In this document: positions 38,694 through 48,425 of the stretch, one piece after another
How positions within the stretch are numbered: position 1 is the stretch's first letter
Layout of the letters: every line of letters starts with the position of its first letter
Source: Sumerlaeia bacterium
GTDB lineage: Bacteria > Sumerlaeota > Sumerlaeia > SLMS01 > JAHLLQ01
Assembly: GCA_040219255.1 (NCBI GenBank)
Contig: JAVJSW010000060.1
Coordinates: 6,249 to 70,248 of the forward strand
Length of the DNA stretch: 64,000 nucleotides
Direction of reading: 5' to 3'
Position numbers and translations under genes: made by a program
Notes under the pieces: model-generated
Seen by the model: only the letters and a program-made list of their open reading frames with translations
The model's database searches: none
What the model was told of the DNA's origin: nothing

Positions 38694-38761
38694 GGGAAAG
38701 GGTTCCGAGGGAGAAATGGCGTACCCACCCTGAGCAAAATGGGCACCGGACGCCGCGGCGG

Positions 38762-39499
38762 CTAGACGACCGGTTTGGGGTGAACCAGCAGGAGGTTGGC
38801 GTCGTAAGTGACGATTCCCAGCAGAATCGCCGCGATAGCGTGTTCCGTGGCGACCCAGTAGAAGTGGTCGTTTTCGGCGTAGGGGTTGGTATGGAGGGGA
38901 TCGGCGACCAGGACGCGGCGGCGTTCGCTGTCCATGCCGCAGAGGACGACGAAATGGCCGGCGACTTCGCCGGCGACGTCGTCGAGAATCGCGACGCGGC
39001 CCTCGAAACGCTCGCGCGCCGAACGATACAGGAACGTCGCGTTCAGGCCCGTGAGCAGCGGCATGCCATCCTCGACGATGTGCTCGGCGAGGAGTTCGTG
39101 GGAGAGGTCGCGCATGCGCAAGCGGCCGCCCATGGTGAGAAACTTCAGGTAGCCGGCGGTGGCATCGAGAAGTCTCTCGTTATTGGACTTGGAATCGCGC
39201 TGCTGACGTAGTTTTTCGCCGATGTCGACCTGGGGGCGATGGTTTTCGCCGAACCAGGTGGGGTCGAAAACGTGGACGTTGTGGGTATAGATGGTCGCGT
39301 CGTAGCCGCGTTCGAGCGCATGGCAGCCGAGAAAGACCGCCAGGGTGCCGCCCTCGGGGAATTGAGGGGCCTGCGCGATCACGTCCTTCAAACTGATTTC
39401 GTCGCCGTGATAGGCGTAAATGGCCTGGAGGCACGTCGGACCACAGGTCACGTCGTCTGGTTGGCGGTGGATTTTGAGGGGACGGGGAATAACGAGCAT
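38762..39499 (-). CDS. Papain-like cysteine peptidase domain protein (C39/BtrH-like)
   Basis: 'DDVTCGPTCLQAIYAYHG' resembles the C39 Cys active-site motif; ATG at 39499. Confidence 0.45.
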   Translation of the reverse strand: MLVIPRPLKIHRQPDDVTCGPTCLQAIYAYHGDEISLKDVIAQAPQFPEGGTLAVFLGCHALERGYDATIYTHNVHVFDPTWFGENHRPQVDIGEKLRQQRDSKSNNERLLDATAGYLKFLTMGGRLRMRDLSHELLAEHIVEDGMPLLTGLNATFLYRSARERFEGRVAILDDVAGEVAGHFVVLCGMDSERRRVLVADPLHTNPYAENDHFYWVATEHAIAAILLGIVTYDANLLLVHPKPVV

Positions 39500-39794
39500 C
39501 TCGGCGGTTTCTCCTTAGAAACCAACCAGAGAGGATGGCGCAGCCAGGCGCCGAAAATCAAGCACTTGTATGAGGGCTTGATAAAACCTTGGAGCGCAGA
39601 GGGGAAAAGTGGCCGGGAGGACAAAGTTGCCACGGATCGGCACGGATGGGGATTCAGATAAACAGAACTAAATGAATATTCTCCCGCATCCGTGCCCCGT
39701 TCAGGATCGAGAGACCCAGGCGGCTCCAAGCCGCGCCGGAGCGATCCCCCTCAGTGAAGCCTCTCTCCTCTGTACCCTTCTGTGGTTATTGAGT

Positions 39795-40217
39795 TTACCC
39801 CACCAGCTCCGCGTCCGAGAACCAGAGCGCCAGTTCGCGCGCGGCGCTTTCCGGGCTGTCGCTGCCGTGGACGATGTTTTCGGTGACTTCGGTGCAGTAG
39901 TCGCCGCGGATGGTGCCGGGCAGGGCGTCGGCGGGCTTGGTGGCGCCCATCATCTTGCGGGCCAGCGAAATCGCGTCCGGGCCCTTGACCGCCAGGGCCA
40001 CCAGCGGGCTGCCGGTCATGAAGGCCTTCAGGTCGGCGAAGAACGGCTTGCCGACGTGCTCGGCGTAGTGCTTGTCGGCCAGTTCGCTGCTCATTTTCAT
40101 CATCTTCAGGCCAGCGATGGTGAGGCCTTTGGCCTCGAAGCGGCCGATGACTTCGCCAATCAGGCCGCGCTTCACGCCGTCGGGCTTCACAAGAATCAGG
40201 GTGGTTTCAACTGCCAT
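39795..40217 (-). CDS. ndk: Nucleoside diphosphate kinase
   Basis: 'TLILVKPDGV' and 'NIVHGSDS' active-site His region; ATG at 40217. Confidence 0.9.
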   Translation of the reverse strand: MAVETTLILVKPDGVKRGLIGEVIGRFEAKGLTIAGLKMMKMSSELADKHYAEHVGKPFFADLKAFMTGSPLVALAVKGPDAISLARKMMGATKPADALPGTIRGDYCTEVTENIVHGSDSPESAARELALWFSDAELVG

Positions 40218-40383
40218 GGGTCGGGGTCTCCCGGGTATTCGGTAAGGTGCTCAAATGCGGTGGGAGCTTGCCCGGGGCCGGGGGGCGCGGGTCAACCTTG
40301 TCTTTGGGGGCTGCGGGGGATGAGAGGCGCCTCGACAGGAGAAGGATGCGCGTGGACGAGCGCTTAGCACAAAACCATTTTAT

Positions 40384-41139
40384 CTAGTTGTAAATAAACA
40401 GTCCTGCTTGACATCTCGGATTTTGTGGGAAATCCTTCAGCCATGCTCCCCTTGCGGTAGAACCGCAGGGCTGACGTCCGCCTCTTCGGAGGCGGCGTCT
40501 TTTTTTTAGCGCCACTTTGCCGGCTTTGAAATCGAGACACCAGGAACCAGGAGCGACCTGGATAATATCGGGCATCTGCGACGCCTTCAGTGTGGATTTC
40601 CAGATATCTCTCTTAGAGTCAGCAACCTGCTCGAGGTCGAAAGATTTCCTCTTCGGTGGAAAAGCGACTCGAATCTCTTGTTCGATTTTTCGGCGCTTGA
40701 TGAAACGAATTGGAGGAACCAAATCGCTATCGGCGGAGATCAAGAGTGTCACATCGCACTCTTCGTCGTATGCATCGGTCAGCATTTGCACTGCGATGTT
40801 AACATCCGTCATTTTCTCTTCCGCCCGAACAAAGGGGTAAGAACAGCGAAAGCACTTGCTCTTCTTGTGAAGAAAGTTGCCGTAAACCACAGTACAATCC
40901 CGCAAGGTCTCCACAGCCTCCAAGTAGGCGTTTTGCCTTCGCTCCTTTTGCGGATCAGCGGCAGAGGCGGAAACTCGCGATGTAAAATAATATGTGTGTG
41001 ACAGAGCTTCGTCGGATTTGACGAAGGCGGACGCCAACTTCACAAAATCCAACCAATAATACCTGCGAAATGAAGCACTCTTCATTCCGTAGTACAGGTT
41101 GAATCCATCGATGTATGCAATAACCCTTTTCTGTTCCAT
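40384..41139 (-). CDS. NYN-domain (LabA/DUF88-like) predicted ribonuclease; low-GC gene overlapping the nrdJ stop (TGATG)
   Basis: 'VIAYIDGFNLYY' NYN N-terminus and 'LISADSDL' acidic motif; about 50% GC; ATG at 41137-41139 shares its A with the nrdJ TGA. Confidence 0.6.
   Translation of the reverse strand: MEQKRVIAYIDGFNLYYGMKSASFRRYYWLDFVKLASAFVKSDEALSHTYYFTSRVSASAADPQKERRQNAYLEAVETLRDCTVVYGNFLHKKSKCFRCSYPFVRAEEKMTDVNIAVQMLTDAYDEECDVTLLISADSDLVPPIRFIKRRKIEQEIRVAFPPKRKSFDLEQVADSKRDIWKSTLKASQMPDIIQVAPGSWCLDFKAGKVALKKRRRLRRGGRQPCGSTARGAWLKDFPQNPRCQAGLFIYN
40473..40508 (+). terminator. Orphan plus-strand intrinsic terminator, antisense to the 3' part of the NYN ORF
   Basis: Hairpin gacgtccgcctcttcggaggcggcgtc followed by T9; a TTGACA hexamer lies at 40408-40413. 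Confidence 0.55.
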
Positions 41140-44100
41140 CAACTACACCCCGTCGTCCCCCCGCACGTTTCGCATTTCAGGCAGGTGCCGTTGCGCACGA
41201 GGGTGAAGCTGAAGCAGGACGGGCAGGGGTCGCCTTCGTAGCCTTTCAGGCGGGCGATGCGGATTTGTTCGTCGCGGGTCATGGAGGGCTCCTGGGTGGC
41301 GGCCGTCGAGGCGGACGGCGCGGCGGCGGCCTTGGGGCCTTGGGGCTGGCGGGCGGAGTCGCCGTGGTTCACGGAGGCAGGACTCGGCGAGCCGGGGCGG
41401 AAGTGCTCGCTGACTGGCGGGCGGGCTTCCGAAGGCCGCGGCGTGTCGATGGAGACGACCCGTTCGCTGACGAATTCTTCGCCGTCGAAGTCCGGCGCGG
41501 CCTGGGCCGCCGAGCCCATGGCGTCGTGGCGCAGGTCCTCGGGGCTGACGTGGGCCAGATCGTAGCGGCCCAGGTAGCTGATCGCCAGCTCGCGGAAAAT
41601 GTAGTCGATGATCGACGTCGAGCGTTTGATGTGCGGGTTGCCGCGGACGACGCCGCTGGGCTCGAAGCGCGTGAAGACGAAGCTCTCGACAAACTTCTCC
41701 AGCGGCACGCCGTGCTGCAAACCCATGCTGACGGAAATGGCGAAGCAGTTCATCAGGCTGCGGAAGGCGGCGCCTTCTTTGTGCATATCCACGAAGATTT
41801 CGCCCAGGCTGCCGTCCTCGTATTCGCCGGTGCGCAGGAAGACCTTGTGGCTGCCGATGACGGCGCGCTGGGTATAGCCGCTGCGGCGTTCGGGCAGCCG
41901 GCGCCGGCGGCTGATGTAGCGGTAAATCAGGCGCTCGGCGATCTGCTGGGGCGAGGCGTCGGCGGTGATGGGCGCGAGCGATTCCTCGGCCACTTCCTCC
42001 GCCTCTTCCTCGTCGAGGAAGGCGAGGTCGCTGGCGGAAATGTTGAGCGGCTGGCTGAGCTTCGAGCCGTCGCGATAGAGCGCGACGGCTTTGGTCATCA
42101 GCTTCCACGCCGACATGTAGGCGTTCTTGATGTCGTCCACGCCGACTTCGTTGGGCATGTTGATGGTCTTGCTGATGGCGCCGCTGATAAAGGGCTGGGC
42201 CGCGGCCATCATCTTGATATGGCTGGGATAGGACAGGAAGCGCTTGCCGTACTTGCCGCATTTGTTCGCGCAATCGAACACCGGCAGGTGCTCGTCGCGC
42301 AGCTCGGGTGAGCCTTCGACGGTCATGCGGCCGCAGATGTGATCGTTGGCGGCGGCGATTTCTTCCTTCGTAAAGCCAATGCCCTCAAGGACGCTGAAGC
42401 TCCAGTCGTTGAGCTGCTCGTCGCTCAGGTGCAGGTACTTGCGGCAGTTCTCCTCGCCCAGCGTCCACTTGTTGAACACGAAGGCGATGTCGAACGCCCC
42501 GTGCAATTGGGCCTCGACGGCGTCGAGCATGGCGGGCGTGAAGCCTTTTTCCTCCAGCGTGGCGCGATTGACGAAGGGCGCGCCCTCCAGCGTCAGCGAC
42601 CCCCGCGCGAAAGCGATGATGCGGTCGATCTGGCGGTCGGTATAACCCAGGTGGCGCAGCGCCGCGGGCACGCTCTGGTTGATGATTTTGAAGTACCCGC
42701 CACCGGCCAGCTTCTTGAACTTCACCAGGGCGAAGTCGGGTTCGATGCCGGTGGTGTCGCAATCCATGACGAGGCCGATGGTGTTGTGAGAAATGAACCC
42801 GTTGGCGATGTAGGTGACGTTCTCCGGCACGGAAATGTCGTAGGTCAGTTGCTCGCCGCCGTCTTCGTTTGTGGCGACGGCGTCGTAGAAGAATTGCAGC
42901 GCATGGCCGAGGCGCGGGTCGCCGCTCTCGCGGTAGAGGGTTTCCGCCGCGCGGCGCGTGATGGCGCCGCCGTGGCGCTTGCGCGCGAGGGCGATGGCGT
43001 TCTTCAGCCCGGCGCCGGCGGCCACCGGCGCCAGCTCTTCCAGGACCTCGGGGGCGACGAAAACGTAGTCTTTGCGCGCGGCTTGTTCGTTGTCGGCGGA
43101 GCGCACGGCGGCGGACTTGCGTTGGCCCATGAATCCGATCCAGCGCTGGAACGCCGCGTTGTAGGACAGGTTGCGCAGGCGGCTGACGAACAGATCGCTC
43201 TGGCCCCAGCCGCTCGTGTCCACCTTGGTGGTCGTCGGCAGGCCGAGCGTCAGCAACAGCGTCTTCACCTCTTCGCAGAACTCGCGGTGCGACGTGCTCC
43301 AGCACGGAACGTCCTGGGTCACGGTGCCATCGGCCTCATAGAGCCCGCGCAGGAACGCGCCGTAAACCAACGGATCGTTCGCGCCCAGCACGGCATCGGG
43401 GATGCGGGGCAGGTAGCCTTTGCCGGAATGGCCGGCGCTGGGGGCGGCCTTGGTGAACCCGCAGGCTTCCCACCAGAGCGTCAGCGGCACGCTGTGCAGC
43501 GAAACGCCGGTGTAGCCCTTTTCCTGGGTCACGATGGCGTCCAGGTTGAAGAGGCTCTTGGCGAGGGCGCAGAGGCGCTCGGCGACGTCCCTGTCCCCGG
43601 GCGCGACGCACAGGCGCAGGCCCTTGGCGTGGAGCGACCCATCGCCCATGAAGTACCCGACGAATTCCGCCAGATCGGCCGACATGTGGCGCGGCACGCG
43701 CGTCGTGTAATCGCCGGTCCAGTATTCCTCGCCCAGCGGCGGCAGGTTCACCGCCACCGGATCGCCCGCCAGCGCCCCCATCATCAGAGGCACCACATCG
43801 CCCGGCTGCACGTCGGCGAACCGGCGCCAGACGTGCTCGCCGGTGGCGGCGTCCACGACTTTGATGCGGTGCTTCAGGGTGCCCTGAATCGCGTAACCGG
43901 CGTCGGTGCGCAGGCGCCGCGTGTCCTCGACGCCGTTGACGAAGAACTTCGTGGCGTCGCGCTCGCCTTCGTCGGTCATGACGCTGAAGTCCGCGTCCTG
44001 CCAGCGGTCGCCGTTCACATCGCCGAGACGATTCAGCCGCATCAGGCCGCGATTGGTCGAAACCATCGATCCCGCCACCAGGCATCCTGTCGGCGCGATC

Positions 44101-47100
44101 ACCGTGGTCTGCGCGTTCCGGTATCCGTGCCGCTCGCCCATGTCCAGGGCCTGGTCCCAGGCTTCGCGGGCGGCTTCCAGGAGGGGGGCGGGGCAGTGCT
44201 CCGCCGCGATGCCCATGGGCGTCACGGTCAGGTCCTCGTAATCCGAGGTGTGGGCGTCGTAGGCGGCGCGGCGGTGGTTGCGCATGACGCGAAGCATGGG
44301 CTCGCGGTTGGGGGCGAAGCTGGGGAAGGGGCCCTTCTCGGCGGCGATTTCGGCGCTCGTGGCGTAGGACGTGCCGGTCATCAGCGACGTGATCGCGCCG
44401 CAGACGGCGAGGCCCTGGGGGCTGTCGTAGGGAATGCCGCTGACCATCAGCAGCGTCCCCAGATTCGCGTAGCCCAGGCCCAGCGTGCGGAACTCATAGG
44501 ACAGGCGGGCGATGTGCTCGCTCGGGAATTGGGCCATCATCACGCTGATTTCCAGCGTCAACGTCCACAGCCGGCAGCCGTGGCGGAAGTCCTCGATGGC
44601 GAAGGCGCCGGTTTCCGGATCGCGGAATTTCATCAGGTTGAGCGACGCGAGGTTGCAGGCGGTGTCGTCGAGGAACATGTACTCCGAGCAATTGTGAACC
44701 ACGATGCCGTTGGCGACGAAGTGGCTGGAGACGGGCTCGGTGAGGTCGAAAACGTCCTCGGTGCCGCAGGGGGTGAGGGAGGCGACGCGGTCGTAAGGCT
44801 TGTCTTCGTAGGCTCTCACGGTGGCATTCAGCTCTTTCAGGCGCGCGTTCTTTTCACTGCCTTCCAGGAAGCCGATTTGCTCCTGGAAAACGACACGCGA
44901 GGACCGCGAAATCCGCATCGAATGCATTTGCGCGACCGCGTATTCCTTCAGCCCGCCCTTACCATCGGGCAGAAGTGCGGTCTCCTGACCGAGGGCGCGG
45001 CGGTTCTCGTAGATCTTGGCCTTGATGCCAAAACCGAGCAGAATCATTTGGACTTGGCGCAGCAACTCCAGGCTCGTGCTGTCGAGCGCCACGTACTGGC
45101 TTTTGTCGCCATAATTCGCGACAGTGCCATCGGCCGTGAAGAGGCCCCGCAGAATGGCGGCCTGGCTGATGCTGTCGAGGGCGTAAACCTGATCGGTGAA
45201 AGCCTTGGCGGCGGAGCCTTGATCGAGGTGGGCGTACTTGCGCAATTCCTTCAGCACCGCGCTCACCGACGTTCCGACGCGCAGGCCAGTCTCCGTCTTG
45301 GTGATGAGGGCCTGTCGCACTCCGCGCTGATCGCCGGTGCTCAAGGTTTCCTTTGCCTCGCTCAGCGCGGCGTTCAGGTGGGCCGCGACCCGCTCTTCCG
45401 CCTCGCCGACGGTCAGGAACAGGAACTCCTGGCCTTTCGCGCCGGTGGTGATGCAGCCATCGCCGACCGCGGCACCGAGCACCTCGCCTAGGCAAACCGG
45501 CAGCGCCTCCCTTCCAAACCCGCTCCCCTCCAGAATCACCCGGTCATCCGCCGTCAGCTCGCACGCCGGCACATCGCCGCGGTTCGCTGTCAGGACCTTG
45601 TGGTCGGCGGTCAGGCGGAGGCGATAGCCGCTCGCCGTCTTCAATTCGTAGATCGGCTTGTGGCCCGTGGGGAAAATCTTGTCCACCCAGACCGCGTCGC
45701 CGTTGCCGTTGATGATTTCCGCGCGCTCGCCCACCATGTCGGCGATGCGGCGCAGACCGCTCGTGGTGGCGACGAGGGTGTCGCCGGTGACGCACGGGTT
45801 ACTCGCATTGATCCGCCCGCTCGCCGGGCAGGTGTGCCATTCGTTGATGGTGGTGTCGTACTGCACGCCGGGATCGGCGCAGGACCACGCGGCGTAGGCG
45901 ACTTTGTCCCACAGCTCCCCAGCCGGGACGGTGCGCGCCGTTTTGCCGTTCGTGCGGTTGATCAGCGCCCAGTCCGTCTCCGCTTCCACCGCTTCCAGGA
46001 AGGCGTTCGAGAGGCGGACGCTGTTGTTGCTGTTCTGGCCCGACACCGTGAAGTACGCTTCCGAGTCCCACCCCGTGTCGTACTCCTGGAATTCGAGCTT
46101 GGTGTAGCCCTCGCGGGCCAATTGGATGACGCGCTGGATGTAATTGTCCGGCACTCCAGCGTCGCGGGCGTCGCGCACGGCGCGGCGCAGAACCTTGTTC
46201 TCGCGGGGGTTGTAATTGTCGCCGAAGAGATCCGCGTCGGCGTCGTTGCACGCCGTCATGACGGCGTTCAGGTGGCGGTTGCACAGGCGCGAGCCGCTGA
46301 CCAGGGCGGCGACCTTTTGCTCCTCGCGGACCTTCCAGTCGATGAAGGCTTCGACATCCGGATGGTCGATATCCAGGACCACCATCTTGGCGGCGCGGCG
46401 GGTCGTGCCGCCACTCTTGATGGCCCCGGCGGCGCGGTCGCCGATTTTCAGGAAACTCATCAGCCCACTGGACTTGCCGCCGCCCGAGAGCGGTTCGCCC
46501 TCGCCGCGGATGCGCGAGAAATTCGACCCCGTGCCCGACCCGTACTTGAACACCCGCGCCTCACGCGTCCACAGGTCCATGATGCCGCCGTCGTTGACGA
46601 GGTCGTCATCCACCGATTGGATGAAGCAGTTGTGGACGAGGATGCCGTTGGCAAGGAAATAGTGGTCAGCCGTGGTCAGATCATAGACCTCGTGCTCACC
46701 ATCCAACTCCAATATACCTCTAACCTGTCGAACAGTGAAGTCTTCAGAAATGTCCTCATAGCCGGAGATTTCTTGACCAAAGTATAGATTTCTGGTATTT
46801 CGCAAATACTTTGCAGCGCACAAATAGTGGCCCACTTGCAGCGACTTTGCTTGGCAATCGTGGCGTACGTTATTTTCATAGGTCTGAACCACGTGGTCGT
46901 GAGTGACTCTTACCTTGCCAAAGTTTTCTGTTGCTATAACTTCATGAGAAAATGTTATTTCAACAAGCCGCTTCTTTGTAGGTTGCTTGACTACGTATCT
47001 AATATCTTGGAGCACCCGCTGATCACGAGAAGCTATTTTGTATTTGCCAATTGGCAGTTTGATGCCTCCTTTTTCATCTACATGAGTTGAATGCTCTTGA

Positions 47101-47807
47101 ACGCAATAAGCATAAAACTGATCTATGCGAATTCCACTGTGCTCGGCGGTCGAATCATCTTCGGCTCTCAGTTGCTCCCAACGTGAAGAGTTAGTGGGCT
47201 GAACATATATCTGTACATACGTATCCCCCGCCACACACGCGTGCGGCTGCGGGTGCTCGTAGGCGTTCGCCGACTTCTCCAACTCGCCCGTGAAGGGATT
47301 GACGAAGCTGTGGCCTTGGGCCGGGCCGGTGATGCCGTAGGCCCAGTGGAGCCCCGTGTTGAACCATTGGGGCGAGTTCGGCGCCGCCTTCTGAGCCGCC
47401 AGCATGTGGCACATTTCGTCGTAGTAGGCGCGGGCGTCGGCTTCGGAGGCGAAGTAGCCGCCGCGCCAACCCCAATAGGTCCAGCAGCCCGCGAGGCGAT
47501 GGAAGACGGCGCGGGCGTCGCGCTCGCCGCCCATGGCGGTGCCGGGGGCGGGCACGCGGCGTTGCAGCCATTCGGGCACGCCGTCCTCGGCCACGGGCAC
47601 CGATTCGGCGGGGATGCCGGCTTTGCGGAAATACTTCTGGGCCAGGATGTCGACGGCGATCTGGCTCCAATGATCGGGCACGGCGATGTCCTTGGCCTCG
47701 AACACCACCGAGCCGTCGGGGTTCACGATGCGGCTGGTGCGGGTGGAGAAGGGAATGGCGGCGTAGGGGTCGTTACCGGCGTGGGTGAAGCGGCGGGTGA
47801 TGTTCAT
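41139..47807 (-). CDS. nrdJ: Adenosylcobalamin-dependent ribonucleoside-triphosphate/diphosphate reductase (class II, NrdJ) interrupted by three in-frame inteins; C-terminal Cys-rich tail
   Basis: Extein motifs '[10 protein letters not shown]', 'GGGKSSG', '[11 protein letters not shown]', '[22 protein letters not shown]' and 'CPSCF...CLKCETCGG'; ATG at 47807; 2222 aa, of which about 1217 aa is extein. Confidence 0.9.
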   Translation of the reverse strand: MNITRRFTHAGNDPYAAIPFSTRTSRIVNPDGSVVFEAKDIAVPDHWSQIAVDILAQKYFRKAGIPAESVPVAEDGVPEWLQRRVPAPGTAMGGERDARAVFHRLAGCWTYWGWRGGYFASEADARAYYDEMCHMLAAQKAAPNSPQWFNTGLHWAYGITGPAQGHSFVNPFTGELEKSANAYEHPQPHACVAGDTYVQIYVQPTNSSRWEQLRAEDDSTAEHSGIRIDQFYAYCVQEHSTHVDEKGGIKLPIGKYKIASRDQRVLQDIRYVVKQPTKKRLVEITFSHEVIATENFGKVRVTHDHVVQTYENNVRHDCQAKSLQVGHYLCAAKYLRNTRNLYFGQEISGYEDISEDFTVRQVRGILELDGEHEVYDLTTADHYFLANGILVHNCFIQSVDDDLVNDGGIMDLWTREARVFKYGSGTGSNFSRIRGEGEPLSGGGKSSGLMSFLKIGDRAAGAIKSGGTTRRAAKMVVLDIDHPDVEAFIDWKVREEQKVAALVSGSRLCNRHLNAVMTACNDADADLFGDNYNPRENKVLRRAVRDARDAGVPDNYIQRVIQLAREGYTKLEFQEYDTGWDSEAYFTVSGQNSNNSVRLSNAFLEAVEAETDWALINRTNGKTARTVPAGELWDKVAYAAWSCADPGVQYDTTINEWHTCPASGRINASNPCVTGDTLVATTSGLRRIADMVGERAEIINGNGDAVWVDKIFPTGHKPIYELKTASGYRLRLTADHKVLTANRGDVPACELTADDRVILEGSGFGREALPVCLGEVLGAAVGDGCITTGAKGQEFLFLTVGEAEERVAAHLNAALSEAKETLSTGDQRGVRQALITKTETGLRVGTSVSAVLKELRKYAHLDQGSAAKAFTDQVYALDSISQAAILRGLFTADGTVANYGDKSQYVALDSTSLELLRQVQMILLGFGIKAKIYENRRALGQETALLPDGKGGLKEYAVAQMHSMRISRSSRVVFQEQIGFLEGSEKNARLKELNATVRAYEDKPYDRVASLTPCGTEDVFDLTEPVSSHFVANGIVVHNCSEYMFLDDTACNLASLNLMKFRDPETGAFAIEDFRHGCRLWTLTLEISVMMAQFPSEHIARLSYEFRTLGLGYANLGTLLMVSGIPYDSPQGLAVCGAITSLMTGTSYATSAEIAAEKGPFPSFAPNREPMLRVMRNHRRAAYDAHTSDYEDLTVTPMGIAAEHCPAPLLEAAREAWDQALDMGERHGYRNAQTTVIAPTGCLVAGSMVSTNRGLMRLNRLGDVNGDRWQDADFSVMTDEGERDATKFFVNGVEDTRRLRTDAGYAIQGTLKHRIKVVDAATGEHVWRRFADVQPGDVVPLMMGALAGDPVAVNLPPLGEEYWTGDYTTRVPRHMSADLAEFVGYFMGDGSLHAKGLRLCVAPGDRDVAERLCALAKSLFNLDAIVTQEKGYTGVSLHSVPLTLWWEACGFTKAAPSAGHSGKGYLPRIPDAVLGANDPLVYGAFLRGLYEADGTVTQDVPCWSTSHREFCEEVKTLLLTLGLPTTTKVDTSGWGQSDLFVSRLRNLSYNAAFQRWIGFMGQRKSAAVRSADNEQAARKDYVFVAPEVLEELAPVAAGAGLKNAIALARKRHGGAITRRAAETLYRESGDPRLGHALQFFYDAVATNEDGGEQLTYDISVPENVTYIANGFISHNTIGLVMDCDTTGIEPDFALVKFKKLAGGGYFKIINQSVPAALRHLGYTDRQIDRIIAFARGSLTLEGAPFVNRATLEEKGFTPAMLDAVEAQLHGAFDIAFVFNKWTLGEENCRKYLHLSDEQLNDWSFSVLEGIGFTKEEIAAANDHICGRMTVEGSPELRDEHLPVFDCANKCGKYGKRFLSYPSHIKMMAAAQPFISGAISKTINMPNEVGVDDIKNAYMSAWKLMTKAVALYRDGSKLSQPLNISASDLAFLDEEEAEEVAEESLAPITADASPQQIAERLIYRYISRRRRLPERRSGYTQRAVIGSHKVFLRTGEYEDGSLGEIFVDMHKEGAAFRSLMNCFAISVSMGLQHGVPLEKFVESFVFTRFEPSGVVRGNPHIKRSTSIIDYIFRELAISYLGRYDLAHVSPEDLRHDAMGSAAQAAPDFDGEEFVSERVVSIDTPRPSEARPPVSEHFRPGSPSPASVNHGDSARQPQGPKAAAAPSASTAATQEPSMTRDEQIRIARLKGYEGDPCPSCFSFTLVRNGTCLKCETCGGTTGCS
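42783..44084 (-). mobile_element. Intein 3 (434 aa) with LAGLIDADG homing-endonuclease domain, inserted at APTG|TIGL of NrdJ
   Basis: Starts 'CLVAGSMV', ends 'NGFISHN' followed by the +1 Thr; '[10 protein letters not shown]' and '[11 protein letters not shown]'. Confidence 0.8.
44691..45794 (-). mobile_element. Intein 2 (368 aa) with LAGLIDADG homing-endonuclease domain, inserted at NPC|SEY of NrdJ
   Basis: Starts 'CVTGDTLVA', ends 'NGIVVHN' followed by the +1 Cys; LAGLIDADG-like '[10 protein letters not shown]' and '[11 protein letters not shown]'. Confidence 0.8.
46629..47237 (-). mobile_element. Intein 1 (203 aa mini-intein) inserted before the Cys of the ACFI motif of NrdJ; AT-rich
   Basis: Starts 'CVAGDTYV', ends 'GILVHN' followed by the +1 Cys; DNA is visibly AT-rich relative to its flanks. 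Confidence 0.8.
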
Positions 47808-48425
47808 GGTCGGGGTCCTTGCGGCGGAGTGGGAGTGGATCGGAGCGGCGTGCGGGGACGGCCATGCCTTCGCTTTTCGTTCGTCGAGGCCAATGGGCCT
47901 CCGGCGGCTGGTTTGGCGGCGGAAGTTCCCATTTGGTTTTTGGAAAAGAGGGGAGGGATACCCCGGACTTTTCCACAGCTTCCAGCAAAATCGGCACAAC
48001 GCGGGGATCAGACGCGTTCCCCTAGATGTTGTACCGTGGTTGTGTAGAAGCGCTAGATATGGCGACTGCTGCAAACAAAAAAACGCCTCGCCAGCAACCC
48101 GAGTGAACTCAGAGGGATGGCGTTTTTTCGGATTTCCGATAGAAATGGTGTGGAAAACTGGAAGCCTTGAAATCCTTCGCTTTGCCGCCCAAGCCAGCGG
48201 ACCGCCCGGCTTCTGTCAAGGAGCAATAAATTTCCGATTTTTGGAACGTGAGGGACCGCGACGGGGGGCCGGCCGCCGTGGCCACGACCGGCGGCGCCAT
48301 TTCTTCAAGAGCCAACCTTCCTCCCACGCCCCCGCAAGTCCGCTCAAACCGGAAACCCGGAGCCGCCGAACTCAACGGCCCCGGTCTTTCAAGAGACGCC
48401 GCGGGTCACGGGCGGGACGCCCGTG

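Noticed and set aside
42339-45491. 1050-aa plus-strand ORF inside nrdJ
   Set aside because: Antisense to a CDS with RNR and intein motifs; composition Ala/Gly/Arg-rich.
47808-48074. Upstream 89-codon extension of nrdJ
   Set aside because: NrdJ homology starts at [15 protein letters not shown] (ATG 47807); the extension is a non-coding leader.
47808-48425. Cobalamin riboswitch upstream of nrdJ
   Set aside because: No B12-box (GCCACTG) or conserved AdoCbl riboswitch core is recognisable; only hairpins and short repeats (reported separately at low interest).
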